Assembly (NCBI RefSeq): GCF_002113885.1
Contig: NW_018404676.1
Location: 92,948 to 156,947 of the forward strand
Length of the DNA stretch: 64,000 bases
Origin: Mizuhopecten yessoensis
Taxonomy: Eukaryota
Direction: 5' to 3'
The first letter of the stretch is position 1, and each line of letters starts with the position of its first letter. Positions 26,801 to 40,000 of this stretch are shown here, piece after piece. The notes below the pieces were generated by a model, which did not search any database, was not told the DNA's origin, and saw nothing but the letters and a program-made list of their open reading frames with translations. A program made the position numbers and the translations under genes.

Positions 26801-29800
26801 TTTGTATCATGTTAGTGGTATGCTTCCAGGCAATTATACAAGCTTATTTCATTGCCAAAAATGAATCGGTTCCCTTCTAAAAGTATGCTAGTATTTTCAC
26901 GTCTATTACAAAAAAATCCTTTAAAGGTGTTATCAGTTTTTAGAAAGTGAAATCACTGTCATGAATATTATACTATATGAACTATACAACATGTTTGTTT
27001 TAAGTATTCTGACATTCTTTTTTTTAGTATCAAGAAATGAGAGGAAAAGTTTAAAAAACTAATGTTTACCCTCGTTTGACTGTCTTGATTAAAAAGTATT
27101 TGTTTTCCCCTAAAAGACATGTGATTGATGCATGAAGTTGCATTAATCCCAGACTTCAGGGGATAGAGCTGGGGGCCCGGGGTAGATAGGTTCTTTTTAA
27201 CCCTGGCATGCATAACTCATGTTTTATTTCAGTAAAATATACATATAGTACTAGTTATGAGAAATGATGACCAACAGTTTGATACGTAATCAATGTTTTT
27301 GTACCAGGTATCAGTAAAGGTGAACCACTGTTTGACATAATATCGATGTTTTTGTACCAGGTATCAGGAAAGGGGACCCACTGTTTGACATGTTATCAAT
27401 GTTTTTGTACCAGTTATCAGTAAAGGTGATGCACTGTTTGATATGTAAACAATGTTTTGTACCAGGTATCAGTAAAGGCGACCCACTGTTTGATACGTAA
27501 GCAATGTTTGTGTACCAGGTATCAGCAAAGGTGACCCACTGTTTGACATAATATCAATGTTTTTGTACTAGGTATCAGTAAAGGTGACTCACTGTTTGAC
27601 ATGTAAACAATTTTTTTGTTCCAGGTATCAGTAAAGGTGTCCCACTGTTTGATATGTAAGCAATGTTTGTGTACCAGGTATCAGTAAAGGTGACCCACTG
27701 TTTGACATAATATCAATGTTTTTGTACCAGGTATCAGTAAAGGTGACCCACTGTTTGATATGTAATCGATGTTTTTGTACCAGGTATCAGTAAAGGTGAC
27801 CCACTGTTTGACATGTAATCAATGTTTTGTACCAGGTATCAGTAAAGGTGACTCACTGTTTGATATGTAAACAATGTTTGTGTACAAGGTATAAGTAAAG
27901 GTGTCCCACTGTTTGATATGTAATCGATGTTTTTGTACCAGGTATCAGTAAAGGTGACCTGCTGTTTGACATGTAATCAAAGGTGACCCACTGTTTGACA
28001 TGTAAACAATGTTTGTGTACCTGGTATCAGTAAAGGTGACCCACTGTTTGACATGAAATCAATGTTTTTGTACCAGGCATCAGTAAAGGTGACCCACTGT
28101 TTGGGATGTAAACAATGTTTGTGTACCAGGCATCAGTAAAGGTGACCCACTGTTTGACATGAAATCAATGTTTTTGTACCAGGCATCAGTAAAGGTGACC
28201 CACTGTTTGATATGTAAACAAAGTTTTGTACCAGGTATCAGTAAAGGTTACCCACTGTTTGACATGTAATCAATGTTTGTGTACCAGGTATCCGTAAAGG
28301 TGACCTGCTGTTTGACATGTAATCAAAGGTGACCCACTGTTTGACATGTAAACAATGTTTGTGTACCGGGTATCAGTAAAGGTGACCCACTGTTTGATAC
28401 GTAATCAATGTTTGTGTACCAGGTATCCGTAAAGGTGACCTGCTGTTTGACATGTAATCAAAGGTGACCCACTGTTTGACATGTAATCGATGTTTTTGTA
28501 CCAGGTATCAGTAAAGGTGTCTCACTGTTTGACATGTAAACAATGTTTGTGTACCTGGTATCAGTAAAGGTGACCCACTGTTTGACATGAAATCAATGTT
28601 TTTGTACCAGGCATCAGTAAAGGTGACCCACTGTTTGATACGTAAACAATGTTTGTGTACCAGGTATCAGTAAAGGTGACCTGCTGTTTGACATGTAATC
28701 AAAGGTGACCCGCTGTTTGACATGTAATCTATGTTTTTGTACCAGGTATCAGTAAAGATGACCCACTGTTTGATGTGTAAACAATGTTTGTGTACCAGGT
28801 ATCGGTAAAGGTGACTCACTGTTTGATATGTAAACAATGTTTGTGGACAAGGTATCAGTAAAGGTGACCCACTGTTTGACATAATATCAATGTTTTTGTT
28901 CCAGGTATCAGTAAAGGTGACCCTCTGTTTGACATGTAATCAATGTTTGTGTACCAGGTATCCGTAAAGGTGACCTGCTGTTTGACATGTAATCAAAGGT
29001 GACCCACTGTTTGACATGTAAACAATGTTTGTGTACCAGGTATCGGTAAAGGTGACCCACTGTTTGATGTGTAAATAATGTTTGTGTACCAGGTATCAGT
29101 AAAGGAGACTCACTGTTTGACATGTAAACAATGTTTTTGTACCAGGCATCAGTAAAGGTGACCTGCTGTTTGACATGTAATCAAAGGTGACCCACTGTTT
29201 GACATGTAATCTATGTTTTTGTACCAGGTATCCGTAAAGATGACCCACTGTTTGACATGTAATCAATGTTTTGTACCAGGTATCAGTAAAGGAGACCCAC
29301 TGTTTGATGTGTAAACAATGTCTGTGTACCAGGTATCAGTAAAGGTGACGCACTGTTTGATGTGTAAACAATGTTTGTGCACCAGGTATCAGTAAAGGTG
29401 ACCCACTGCTTGATATGTAAACAATGTTTGTGTACCAGTTTTCAGTAAAGGTGACCCACTGTTTGGTTTGTAAACAATGTTTGTGTACCAGGTATCGGTA
29501 AATGTGACTCACTGTGTGGTATGTAAACAATGTTTGTGTACCAGGAATCAGTAAAGGTGACCCACTGTTTGATATGTAAACAATGTTTGTGGACAAGGTA
29601 TCAGTAAAGGTGACCCACTGTTTGATATGTAATCGATGTTTTTGTACCAGGTATCAGTAAAGGTGACTCACTGTTTAATGTGTAAACAATGTTTGTGTAC
29701 CAGGTGTCAGTAAAGGTGACCCACTGTTTGATGTGTAAATAATGTTTGTGTACCAGGTATCAGTAAAGGAGACCCACTGTTTGATGTGTAAACAATGTTT

Positions 29801-32800
29801 GTGTACCAGGAATCAGTAAAGGTGACCCACTGTTTGATATGTAATCGATGTTTTTGTACCAGGTATCAGTAAAGATGACCCACTGTTTGATGTGTAAACA
29901 ATGTCTGTGTACCAGGTATCAGTAAAGGTGACTCACTGTTTAATGTGTAGACAATGTTTGTGTACCAGGTATCAGTAAAGGAGACCCACTGTTTGATGTG
30001 TAAACAATGTTTGTGTAGCAGGTATCAGTAAAGGTGACCCACTGTTTGATATGTAAACAATGTTTGTGGACAAGGTATCAGTAAAGGTGACCCACTGTTT
30101 GATATGTAAACAATGTTTGTGGACAAGGTATCAGTAAAGGTGACCCACTGTTTGACATAATATCAATGTTTTTGTTCCAGGTATCAGTAAAGGTGACCCT
30201 CTGTTTGACATGTAATCAATGTTTGTGTACCAGGTATCAGTAAAGGTGTCCCACTGTTTGACATAATATCAATGTTTTTGTACCAGGTATCAGTAAAGAT
30301 GACCCACTGTTTGATGTGTAAACAATGTCTGTGTACCAGGTATCAGTAAAGGTGACCTGCTGTTTGACATGTAATCAAAGGTGACCCACTGTTTGACATG
30401 TAAACAATGTTTGTGTACCAGGTATCGGTAAAGGTGACTCACTGTTTGATGTGTAAACAACGTTTGTGCACCAGGTATCAGTAAAGGTGACCCACTGCTT
30501 GATATGTAAACAATGTTTGTGTACCAGGAATCAGTAAAGGTGACCCACTGTTTGATATGTAAACAATGTTTGTGTACCAGTTTTCAGTAAAGGTGACCCA
30601 CTGTTTGTACCAGGTATCAGTAAAGGTGACTCACTGTTTAATGTGTAAACAATGTTTGTGTACCAGGAATCAGTAAAGGTGACCCACTGTTTGATACGTA
30701 AACAATGTTTGTGTACCAGGTATCGGTAAAGGTGACTCACTGTTTGATATGTAAACAATGTTTGTGTACCAGGAATCAGTAAAGGTGACCCACTGTTTGA
30801 TACGTAAACAATGTTTGTGTACCAGGTATCGGTAAAGGTGACTCACTGTTTGATATGTAAACAATGTTTGTGTACCAGTTTTCAGTAAAGGTGACCCACT
30901 GTTTGGTATGTAAACAATGTTTGTGTACCAGGTATCGGTAAAGGTGACTCACTGTTTGATGTCTAAACAATGTTTGTGTACCAGTTATCAGTAAAGGTGA
31001 CTCACTGTTTAATGTGTAGACAATGTTTGTGTACCAGGTATCGGTAAAGGTGACTCACTGTTTGATGTCTAAACAATGTTTGTGTACCAGGAATCAGTAA
31101 AGGTGACTCACTGTTTAATGTGTAGACAATGTTTGTGTACCAGGTATCGGTAAAGGTGACCCACTGTTTGTACCAGGTATCAGTAAAGGTGACTCACTGT
31201 TTAATGTGTAGACAATGTTTGTGTACCAGGTATCGGTAAAGGTGACCCACTGTTTGATGGGTAAACAATGTTTGTGTACCAGGTATCGGTAAAGGTGACT
31301 CACTGTTTGATGTCTAAACAATGTTTGTGTACCAGGAATCAGTAAAGGTGACTCACTGTTTAATGTGTAGACAATGTTTGTGTACCAGGTATCGGTAAAG
31401 GTGACTCACTGTTTGATGTCTAAACAATGTTTGTGTACCAGTTTTCAGTAAAGGTGACCCATTGTTTGGTATGTAAACAATGTTTGTGTACCAGTTTTCA
31501 GTAAAGGTGACCCATTGTTTGGTATGTAAACAATGTTAGTGTACCAGGTATCAGTAAAGGTGAGTCACTGTTTGATATGTAAACAATGTTTTTGTACCAG
31601 GTATCAGTAAAGGTGACCCGCTGTTTGACAGGAAGTCTGATTTGCTGATGAAGCTAGGACTAGAAGTGTAAGTAGTGTACATATATTCTTGTTGTTGAAG
31701 TGATGTTTGTTCTATGACCTGATCTTGAAAGTTTTCATACAATTTCAAAAAACATCCATTGGAGAATGATATTACAATATTAATGTTTGTGGTACTCATT
31801 AACCGTGTTTGTTGTTGTTTTTGTTAAAAAATGTCTCTTTGGGAACCTGCTGGTTACATTTGAATTCTTTATGATTATGTCTACTCTGTTAGCCAATATG
31901 TTTATTTTAATTATGGTCAAGGATCCTTATTCAATTTTTGGTTGTGCATTTCCTAGACTAAGTTGATCTCAGTTTGATAACTGCTTTTTGTACTCAAACA
32001 AACTCTGCAATACCCAGAACATAATGTATGTAATATAAAACCATATATGTTAATAATAAACTACCTTCTTAGTATAATTTGTTTAATAGTCAATAGGTTT
32101 ATTTTTATCACCTAATATTGTACACATACAAAAATGTTTCATTTATTTGAATAGTTCTCGGTCGTTCTTCATACATCGGGGAAGAGTTCCACTTGATCCA
32201 CAAATCCTCGCCTTCCTCAGAATCTTCTGCATGACTGATGGTAACTATACAAATTCCTTATATTGAAAACAGTAACATGCATAGTTTCTTTTGGATTGAC
32301 GGACATTATGTAATTATTCATAAATACTCACTTTCAGAAATGTGTCCTCTATCAGCATTAACCAAACAAAGAAATTAAAGAACATTGGAGAATTAGTTTT
32401 CTGATTTTTTCTGGGGGGGTTTCTGACATGTTTTGATAACCTTGTTTTTATATAGACAAATAATGTAAAATGGGAAATTGTTTTACCTGTTTCTTCCAAT
32501 TATCTAAAATTTAAAAGGCAGTTACAACATATTCTATGATGAAATCTGTTTTATTTCACATACATTTATCATTTAATTCATGAAGAAAATCTGAAGGACT
32601 TTCAGTCAGCTCCTCTTACGGAAGAGAAGATGGAGAGCCTTGGTGATGTGTCTACACCAGTATCTATAGAAAACGAGGAGAAGGTCTGGTCGTTTCTGGA
32701 GACACGGTCGGCTTTGTTACAGAAAGCCTACGACACTACTGCAGAGGTATGATACACTTAATAAGGCTTTGGGCTTTCTTTATCTGCAAGACACAGTTAT

Positions 32801-33225
32801 AACAAGTTTTTAATAAACATTTTTCAAACCAGATTGTAACAATATGAATTTTGGTATTTGTTTTTCATGATGGTGATCGGGTGGGAGATAGTTACTACCA
32901 ATCAGAAGAAATCTAGTGAAAGCATTTTAACAGATATAATTACACTATACTGGTGATCACAGAAACCAAAGCGGGTTTTCTGATTTGTTCATTTTCTGAC
33001 AATTCTTACGAGTAGATGTAAATTGGGAAATAACCAAGGAAATTTAAATCCTGTTTTTCTTTTCATCTTCAGGAGGACGAGGAGCTTTTAAAGTCATCAG
33101 ATTTCAATGAAAACCAAAAACTGCTTATTTGTCTACGTTTGTGTGAAAAAAATGTTTTGTTATCAGCCCAAACATTTGCCAGAACAATGAAAGAAAAATT
33201 AACTATGAAAGAGAACAAAGATTGA
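17854..33225 (+). CDS. SETD3: Actin-histidine N-methyltransferase SETD3 (SET domain + Rubisco-LSMT substrate-binding domain)
   Basis: Coding exons 17854-17992, 18529-18621, 19299-19444, 20216-20288, 20902-21012, 21341-21421, 21687-21751, 21961-22019, 22445-22559, 23160-23234, 26692-26791, 31601-31667, 32155-32240, 32586-32746, 33073-33225; phases consistent. Motifs MGKK.., GYGIKATKDL, DKILQAMP, SFWKPYL, YTTPLYF, ARQYAYFY, RWAVSTVMTRQNQVP, ALIPLWDMCNH, IFYGARSNAELLIHSGF, LAFLRIFCM, VSIENEEKVWSFLE. Confidence 0.96.
19988..20070. repeat. Near-perfect inverted repeat (38-bp arms, 7-nt loop) in a SETD3 intron
   Basis: TGATATCAAAGTTTTACTTTTTTCACAAACAATGTACG / CGTACATTGTTTGTGTAAAAAGTAAAACTTTGATATCA, one mismatch. 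Confidence 0.9.
21013..21340 (+). other. U12-type AT-AC intron in SETD3
   Basis: 5' site ATATCCTT at 21013, branch point TTTCCTTAAC at 21321-21330, terminal AC at 21339-21340. Removal gives the in-frame FWKPYL-D-MLPSGYTTPLYF. Confidence 0.93.
23485..26460. repeat. Complex satellite (~37-bp GACTAGAGAGGACAGGAGTGTGACCTGACATGATTAA units mixed with ~21-bp TGACATGACATGATTGTGACC units) in a SETD3 intron
   Basis: Directly visible tandem repetition with higher-order blocks; it produces the spurious MSGH/CQVT ORFs. Confidence 0.95.
27265..31630 (+). repeat. ~53-bp tandem array (~80 units) built from the SETD3 3' splice site and the start of exon 31601
   Basis: Unit GTATCAGTAAAGGTGACCCACTGTTTGATATGTAAACAATGTTTGTGTACCAG; the last unit continues into the true exon GISKGDPLFDRKSDLLMKLGLEV. 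Confidence 0.97.
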
Positions 33226-33642
33226 TTTGTTTGTAGCTATTAATAGACGTCACTCAGTACATACAAGGGAACGAAGTGTGGAAGGCAATGCCAATCATCT
33301 CTACAGCAGCTAAGCGATGATGTCGTCTCCAGTAGAACTCTGAAATACCATTCATTTTTGCAGCAATGTTTTTCTTGCTGATTGAGTAACCAATTCAAAC
33401 CATCAGAAAAACTTCGAAAAACGTGAGGGGATTTTAGTGTGATGTTAATGATATGCAGGTATTACAACTTTCAATCATGTTCTTATACATTGTATATCAT
33501 TGAAAAATAGACTGTCAAACAAAGTCTGTATACATTAAGTCATGTACAAATGAAGTTAAATGCTAATCGTTTTTGAAATGTTTTAATGAATAGTACTCAT
33601 GATAAATGAAAGTGAAATAAGTTTGAGATTTGTTGGAAGTGA

Positions 33643-33646
<4 letters not shown>

Positions 33647-33690
<44 letters not shown>
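33647..33690. repeat. (TA)n microsatellite downstream of the SETD3 stop
   Basis: About 21 perfect TA units. Confidence 0.95.
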
Positions 33691-33694
<4 letters not shown>

Positions 33695-35919
33695 AACAGT
33701 CCCATTGTAACTGCTTCTGGGGTAAATCCACAATATGTTCTAGCCTCTAAGTTAAAGATGTGCTTTTAAATTAATATTTCATTTAATCTATTTTCATATG
33801 ACTAGCTTTTACAAGGATACAAGACTGAAACTCCACTACATTTTGAACCATGGTAGTTGTGAATTCCCTAAATTGTCCCTTTAAGTCACAGCTCTAGAGG
33901 CATGGTCTGGGGTACAGACAGTTACAGGGATATATATCACTGTATATATTGATGAATTGGAGTGATTGACGCAAACTATTTATAAGGTACTTTCGGGATT
34001 GTTTGGATGAGATTTGATGTATGAAGATTAATGTAAAATGTTTCATGAAAACTTTTCACTATGATTTTATGCATTTATTTTCAACGTTTTTGTTGAAAAA
34101 TATGAATCTTTGCAGCATTAAAATTGCTCTAGGCCTGTAGTTTTACTTGATTAGAAATTTTATTTTATGTTTGCAGCTTCACACTTATACCACTAAAATG
34201 ATACTACATAATGTGTACAAGAAAACAACCCTTCATCTGTTACATACGTAGTTCACTATATTGAGTCAATAAGGATGTACAACTGTTTACCAAGGTACTT
34301 TACTGATCTCTCAGAAAAAGTTTTGAAATGCTAGGAAATTTGTATTTCAATACTTGCCATTTTCAACCTAATCAGTGCACTATGTTCATATATATATATA
34401 AAGAACACTAAAAGGGATTTTTTTTCGATATAGTTGCTTTTCATTTAAGACATGCTATCACCTACGTGTAAACCGAATGTTTTCTTTGTTTAAACACTAC
34501 AAAACTTTTGGTAGAAATATGGAGTGACATACATCTACAAACTACAGAGTGGTGCATGCAGCACTAAATCTTATGCAGAATATGTTACAAGTGGACCCTT
34601 TATATGAAAGGGGTGTTGGAGGCACACTGAACACAATGGAAGGGCAGGTCGTGTGATCCTGCTGTAATAATTCAGTACTCGATAATATTCAAGTCAAACA
34701 TATAGATGTACTATTTCAGATAAGGAGTTAGTATTATATAGAAGGATCTGGTAAGGAATTTTTCAGTGCACTACTATAAGTAGTATATTATATACAGTAG
34801 CCTCGGCTCCCCTTAATTCTGTTTTGCATAAAACTAGCACAGATGGGCCAGGAGACTTCCATTGACAATTTTAATACTGTCGTTGATTATAGTTGTTTAT
34901 TTCATCGTCATAAACGTCCCACAAAGAATGGCTTTCTTTACAGAAATGATTTATCAAAGCTAGAGTGATGTAGGAAAGAACAGTTTCTGAAGCATTAATA
35001 GTTTTGGGCAGTGGTACGCAGATCCTTAAAAGGTTTGCAATGTATTACATTTCTGGCTTTGTGTATGAAGTGCAAGTGATTTTATCTGTCATCAATTAAA
35101 GGATGAAAACTATATTTTGAATCTATGAATCCTGAATAAAAAAACATATGCTTAAACATGACTTTTTTCATGCTTTTTCATACCTCTTCAAAGACGACAT
35201 TGCAAATAATTGAAATAGACACAGCTGACTCTCAAATCAAAAGTAACAAAAAATATTGCTTTCCAAAATACAATTTTAATGATTTAACAGTTGCATTATA
35301 TATGTACAAGTACTTCTATTTTAATAACAGTTTGTATCACATAACATATTCTATCTATATTGCCTGACCCATGACCAGTAAATGTACAAACACACAATAA
35401 CGCTGTTGAATATGTGGTCATTTCTTCGAATTCCATCATCTATTATTTGTGATTTTACACCAGACCGGTACTTCATTTTGTCTTGTCAATGTAAGCACAA
35501 TATCGTAAAACATTACTGTCACAAGGTGTCTTGGTGACTAAATGTTGATCACTTCATAATAAGTATGGGTGTGGTACATATTCTACAAGTGTTCTACAGA
35601 TATATCCTACGTAATGGAAGTAATTGTCTCAAAATGGAATCTAGTTAAATCCAAAAAAATTAAGATGGTGATTATACATCTGCCATCTGGGTCATGAAGC
35701 TAAATCTGAAGTTTGGATTTTCAGGAGTTGGGCCTAAAACTGCTTTTATATCATGAACATGGAGCTAGGACTTTGTTGTATCAATGTTTTTAAATCTGTC
35801 GTATTTTCCTCATAAAAAGAAATTAGTGTAAAATATGATGCATCGTGCGAGAATCAAAATGACCACCATGAGATAATAACCAAGCTTACAGAAATTTATT
35901 ATTATTGCATACGCCTTCT

Positions 35920-36140
35920 ACACAATACATCTCCGGCACACACGCAGGCATATACACACATAGGGAGATATAAGCCAGGTGGCATAGGACTAGTAGTTAG
36001 CGCCTGATAAGGCAGCTCCTGCGAATTCCTCAAAAAATGTATACCCTAATTGTATTAATTGTATATCTATGTACTGTAAAGCGCTTTAGAGTGGCTCATG
36101 TTAGCTAGATAGGGCGCTATATCAAATGTTGTATATTATT
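35920..36140 (+). mobile_element. SINE-like dispersed repeat with an L2/CR1-type 3' tail
   Basis: Second copy at 11799-11909. The tail GTAAAGCGCTTTAGAG...GGCGCTATATCAAAT..TATTATT resembles L2-dependent SINE 3' ends (family assignment is inference). Confidence 0.55.
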
Positions 36141-36289
36141 AAACAATCTGTTTCAAATTTAACTTCTCATTAGTCTGGAAAGCTCATCACAGTCCGTTAT
36201 ATAGTATACACACTTTCATTGTAACTTGAATCAATCTTGCTTCCCTAAGCCTGTGTTATGTATATACATATCATACAGAAGAAATATTT

Positions 36290-36482
36290 GGCACTCCCTG
36301 TAACAAGGCAATAATAATTTACAAAGAACGACATTGAAAGTATAAAGAACAGACATGTAAACCAACTGAGGGTCATATCGAAATAGGTATACATGGTATT
36401 TAGCACTTCCTGTAACAAGGCAATAATAATTTACAATGAACGATATTGAAAGTAAAGATAACGGACACCAACTGAAGGTCTC
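36290..36482. repeat. Two-copy ~113-bp tandem duplication just 3' of ZW10
   Basis: GCACT(C/T)CCTGTAACAAGGCAATAATAATTTACAA..GAACGA.ATTGAAAGTA..CAACTGA.GGTC occurs twice. Confidence 0.8.
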
Positions 36483-36533
36483 GACAAAATATGTCTGATG
36501 GCATCACATGTTTGCACACTGTTGCCTGTAGTT

Positions 36534-36978
36534 CTACTTTATTTTGGCCAGAACAGCAGCCCTCCTCTCAGTGTTCTGGAACAAGGCTCTGATCAGTTGT
36601 TTCATCTCATTGGGTGTGAACTCTACAGCTAGGGGACCCTTGCCCTCAGCCCACCTATCGGAGATCTCTAATAGACTGGCATTTAGCACTGTAATCAATT
36701 CTTTAAACCGAAGCCACCTTGAGACATTCCTCTGGAGTTCAAATGTCAAGTTGATCTTATCATCTGATGGGGTTTGCAGTAGTGGTCCAGCCTTATCCAT
36801 GATGATGGTGAGGAGTGTAGCTAGCTGACGAGCATCATCTGAGGAGATGTCCTCCAATACCACAATAGACGCTGTGATGTCCACCACCACAGAATTCAGC
36901 AGTGTGCCTGTTTAATGGAATGGCATCAACTTAGATAATGCAAAGCCCCATATAAAGTTACAGGATTTCAGTTTGANT

Positions 36979-37012
<34 letters not shown>

Positions 37013-40000
37013 TCAAGTAAGTATGACTGCCTCCCCATAAACATTAGGGTCGCATTCGTTTATCGTGATCCAAACGGTTGAACCAGAGTTCATAAAATAA
37101 GGTCAAACCTAGTAATCTGATGCTGCTTTCATGTGAGCCTTGACAAAGCTTTGCAAGGCCTGCATAAATATTTGCAGGTCTGCCAGGATTTATAACCGAA
37201 AATGTTAAATTTAAAAACAGACAAACCAGTTAAACAGGATACGCAAAAGGGTCCTTAGTGGTAGCCCCTTGATTAATCTACTGCCTCCTAATCAACACTA
37301 AGTGGCAGCACATTGATTTATGTGTTGCCCCCCAATAAACATTAAATGGCAGCACCCTGACTTACCCATTGCCTTCCTGTAAACACTAGGTGGAAGCACC
37401 TCTTGCCAGACCTTCTGAAGATGATGAAACTGATGCATGGTCTGTTTTATAGCACGTTCTGCATTGAAGTACATATTTTCCTCAGAAACACTGGCAAACC
37501 CTGTCAATTGAAGCCAAGTCATACCTCAGAAATACAGATTTGAAACAACAGACTATAATGAATTCCACTGCAGGAAAAAATTAAGTTTACCACCAACTTA
37601 GAGGGAAATTAATATGGATACTGGATAGCACCACTGTCAAAGAGATACCAGCATGGTACCCTGTTTCTTAAACAACTTAAGTATTTATCATTGTCCATGA
37701 TATTTTTACATCTGAAAATCTAAGTTCTAATTCAGATTCAATTAATAGAAATTTTTCATTGTACTAAGTCTACTTTAAATCTCAGAAAGCTAGCATCAAC
37801 AAAGTTTTCTACCATTTGCTCCTCCAAGGCACTCCGCCATTACACCTTTCATTCGCGACATCTGTTGTAGGAATGTGTCCGTCCCAAGTCTGCGAATTTT
37901 CTGTACAAGGTCAACAAAGGTTGCATTGATTGATGGTGGCAATTTTTTTCGAAACTGGTGGCCCATGGTCATCAGGTGGTGCGCAATGAACATACAGTTA
38001 TTGTGGAATATGGCTGGAATAAAAGAGACAGAGAATAAGTATCTCCTGCCCAGCCAATATGATTTAATGTCTATGAAAATGCAATGTATTGTAGATTTTG
38101 GAAATCTATTAATTTATCCAATTTCCCCTAGTTCATGATGACATTCAAACCTTAGTATCACCAAGTTTGTTAAACATATTTTCCCTAAGACAAATGAACT
38201 GGTTAAATTAATGCATGCATATGAACTGTGAATTTTCATTTTATTCTTTAGCCTTCAGTAAATACTAAGATATTACTGTAACTAATTGTCACAAAATTTA
38301 TAGATATTGTATAACAGCTCACCACTTAGCTGAGGGAAGTTGACAAGGTTCTCTTTATGGTAAGTGGGGAAAACGCTGCAAAACAGCTCAAGCATATTCC
38401 TGACAGCGTAGAACAGCTGTACCGCACACTGTGGTGAACTCTCACCAGCTTCATGTAGAGTCTCATAAGCAAGAGTCAGCAGCTGCTGAATACAAACACT
38501 GAAACAAAAACAAGTAAATCATATTTATTTATTTTCAAATTATAAAACTGCAAAACTAGGCCAGTAGCATGAAGTATTTGGTATCAGACTTTGAGGACAA
38601 AGAATGATCAAAGTGAAGGATAAACTGTTAAGTGGTGGAAAGGTGGACCAATAGCAAACAAAATCTAATTAGGTGTAGAAGTCAGTGTGACCATTCTTCC
38701 TTGATGCTTTTTGACATCAAAAAGAGGTCAAGTTGACCTTTGACATGCTAAACTTGATTGACAAATATAACCACCAAAATCTAACCAGTCAGAAATTTCT
38801 GACCAGTCTGAGACAAACTAAAACCAAGTTAGTTAAAGTGAATTTAATTTCAAATGTTAAAATTATTGATGATCTTGATGACTAATCTATTGATCTTACA
38901 TGCATATACATGTATATACACAGGAGAGTAGACACATGTACATTGATCTTTCTTTACCTGATGTGACAGGATGGTAATTTGAAGGTATTATCACTAAGTC
39001 TGCATTCTCCTGCCAAGTCCAATTTCCTACTTTTCTTACCGGAAGGCACATCATGTCGTACTTCAAGGGGAGGTAACTCCCCAAGGGGTTTATCATCTGA
39101 CACAGGCACAGAATTATGCATATCAGATGTCATCAAATTTCTGGCTTTCTCCAAAATCTCCTGACATTTCTTGTTGGCAAAAAGAACATTAACATTTTGT
39201 ACAAAATCTGTCAATGTGGTTTCATTTGGTGGTATGAATTTCATCTCTGTAAGTTTCTGGCTGAAGACTTCAGTAGCTGATATGTCATTCTGAAAGCCTT
39301 CCATTTGTTTGTTACTAGTGGGAATAGCATGTGTGAGGCATTGTTTCACAATGAGATCCAGCACCTGGTGAGCCACCATGCCACCCAGTCTCTCCATCAA
39401 CACCTGGCTCTGCCCACTCCCTTCATCATCAATCACAATGTGTAGAAAACAGTCATTCAACCATTTAAATATCTGTGTTATTTTGGAGAATACTTCTACA
39501 GGCGAAGGCGGTTTATCTGAGTTTTCTTCACAACATTTGACCGTCAGGGTCTTAGACTGGCCTGTACTGCTATCCTTCAGCACTGTTTTACAGTGAGAAA
39601 TACATGGCTGAGCAATGTGTAGGACTAGCCTTTCCCCAAAACTTTTCATTTTTGAATCTAAAATGTCCAACTTTTCCATCACTACAACAATGTCTTTCAA
39701 AATGGACAAATTTTCTGCACCTGTCATAATCTTAAGTTCACACTTTTGTTGCTTTGATTCGCTAGTGTCTGGCATCGTCCAAAAAACAAGCTCCTTCCAT
39801 TTGTCGCCTATATCATACAGAAATTTTTCTTTCTGTACCCAGTATTCTGTTTGTAAGGCCATGAGAATATTGACATCTTTGTTACCCTCCACCAGACTGG
39901 ATAGCAGATCATGTATGTTAAGAATGGCTTCAGCTGCTTTGGAGAAATTACAAGTCTTGTTGGCTCCCGATATACACTGAAGACCCTCCTGTATCTGAAC

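Noticed and set aside
27265-31630. CRISPR-like or coding interpretation of the 53-bp array (ORFs such as MFTYQTVSHLYRYLVHKH)
   Set aside because: No unique spacers, no cas genes, eukaryotic intron context; the minus-strand ORFs are by-products of the repeat.
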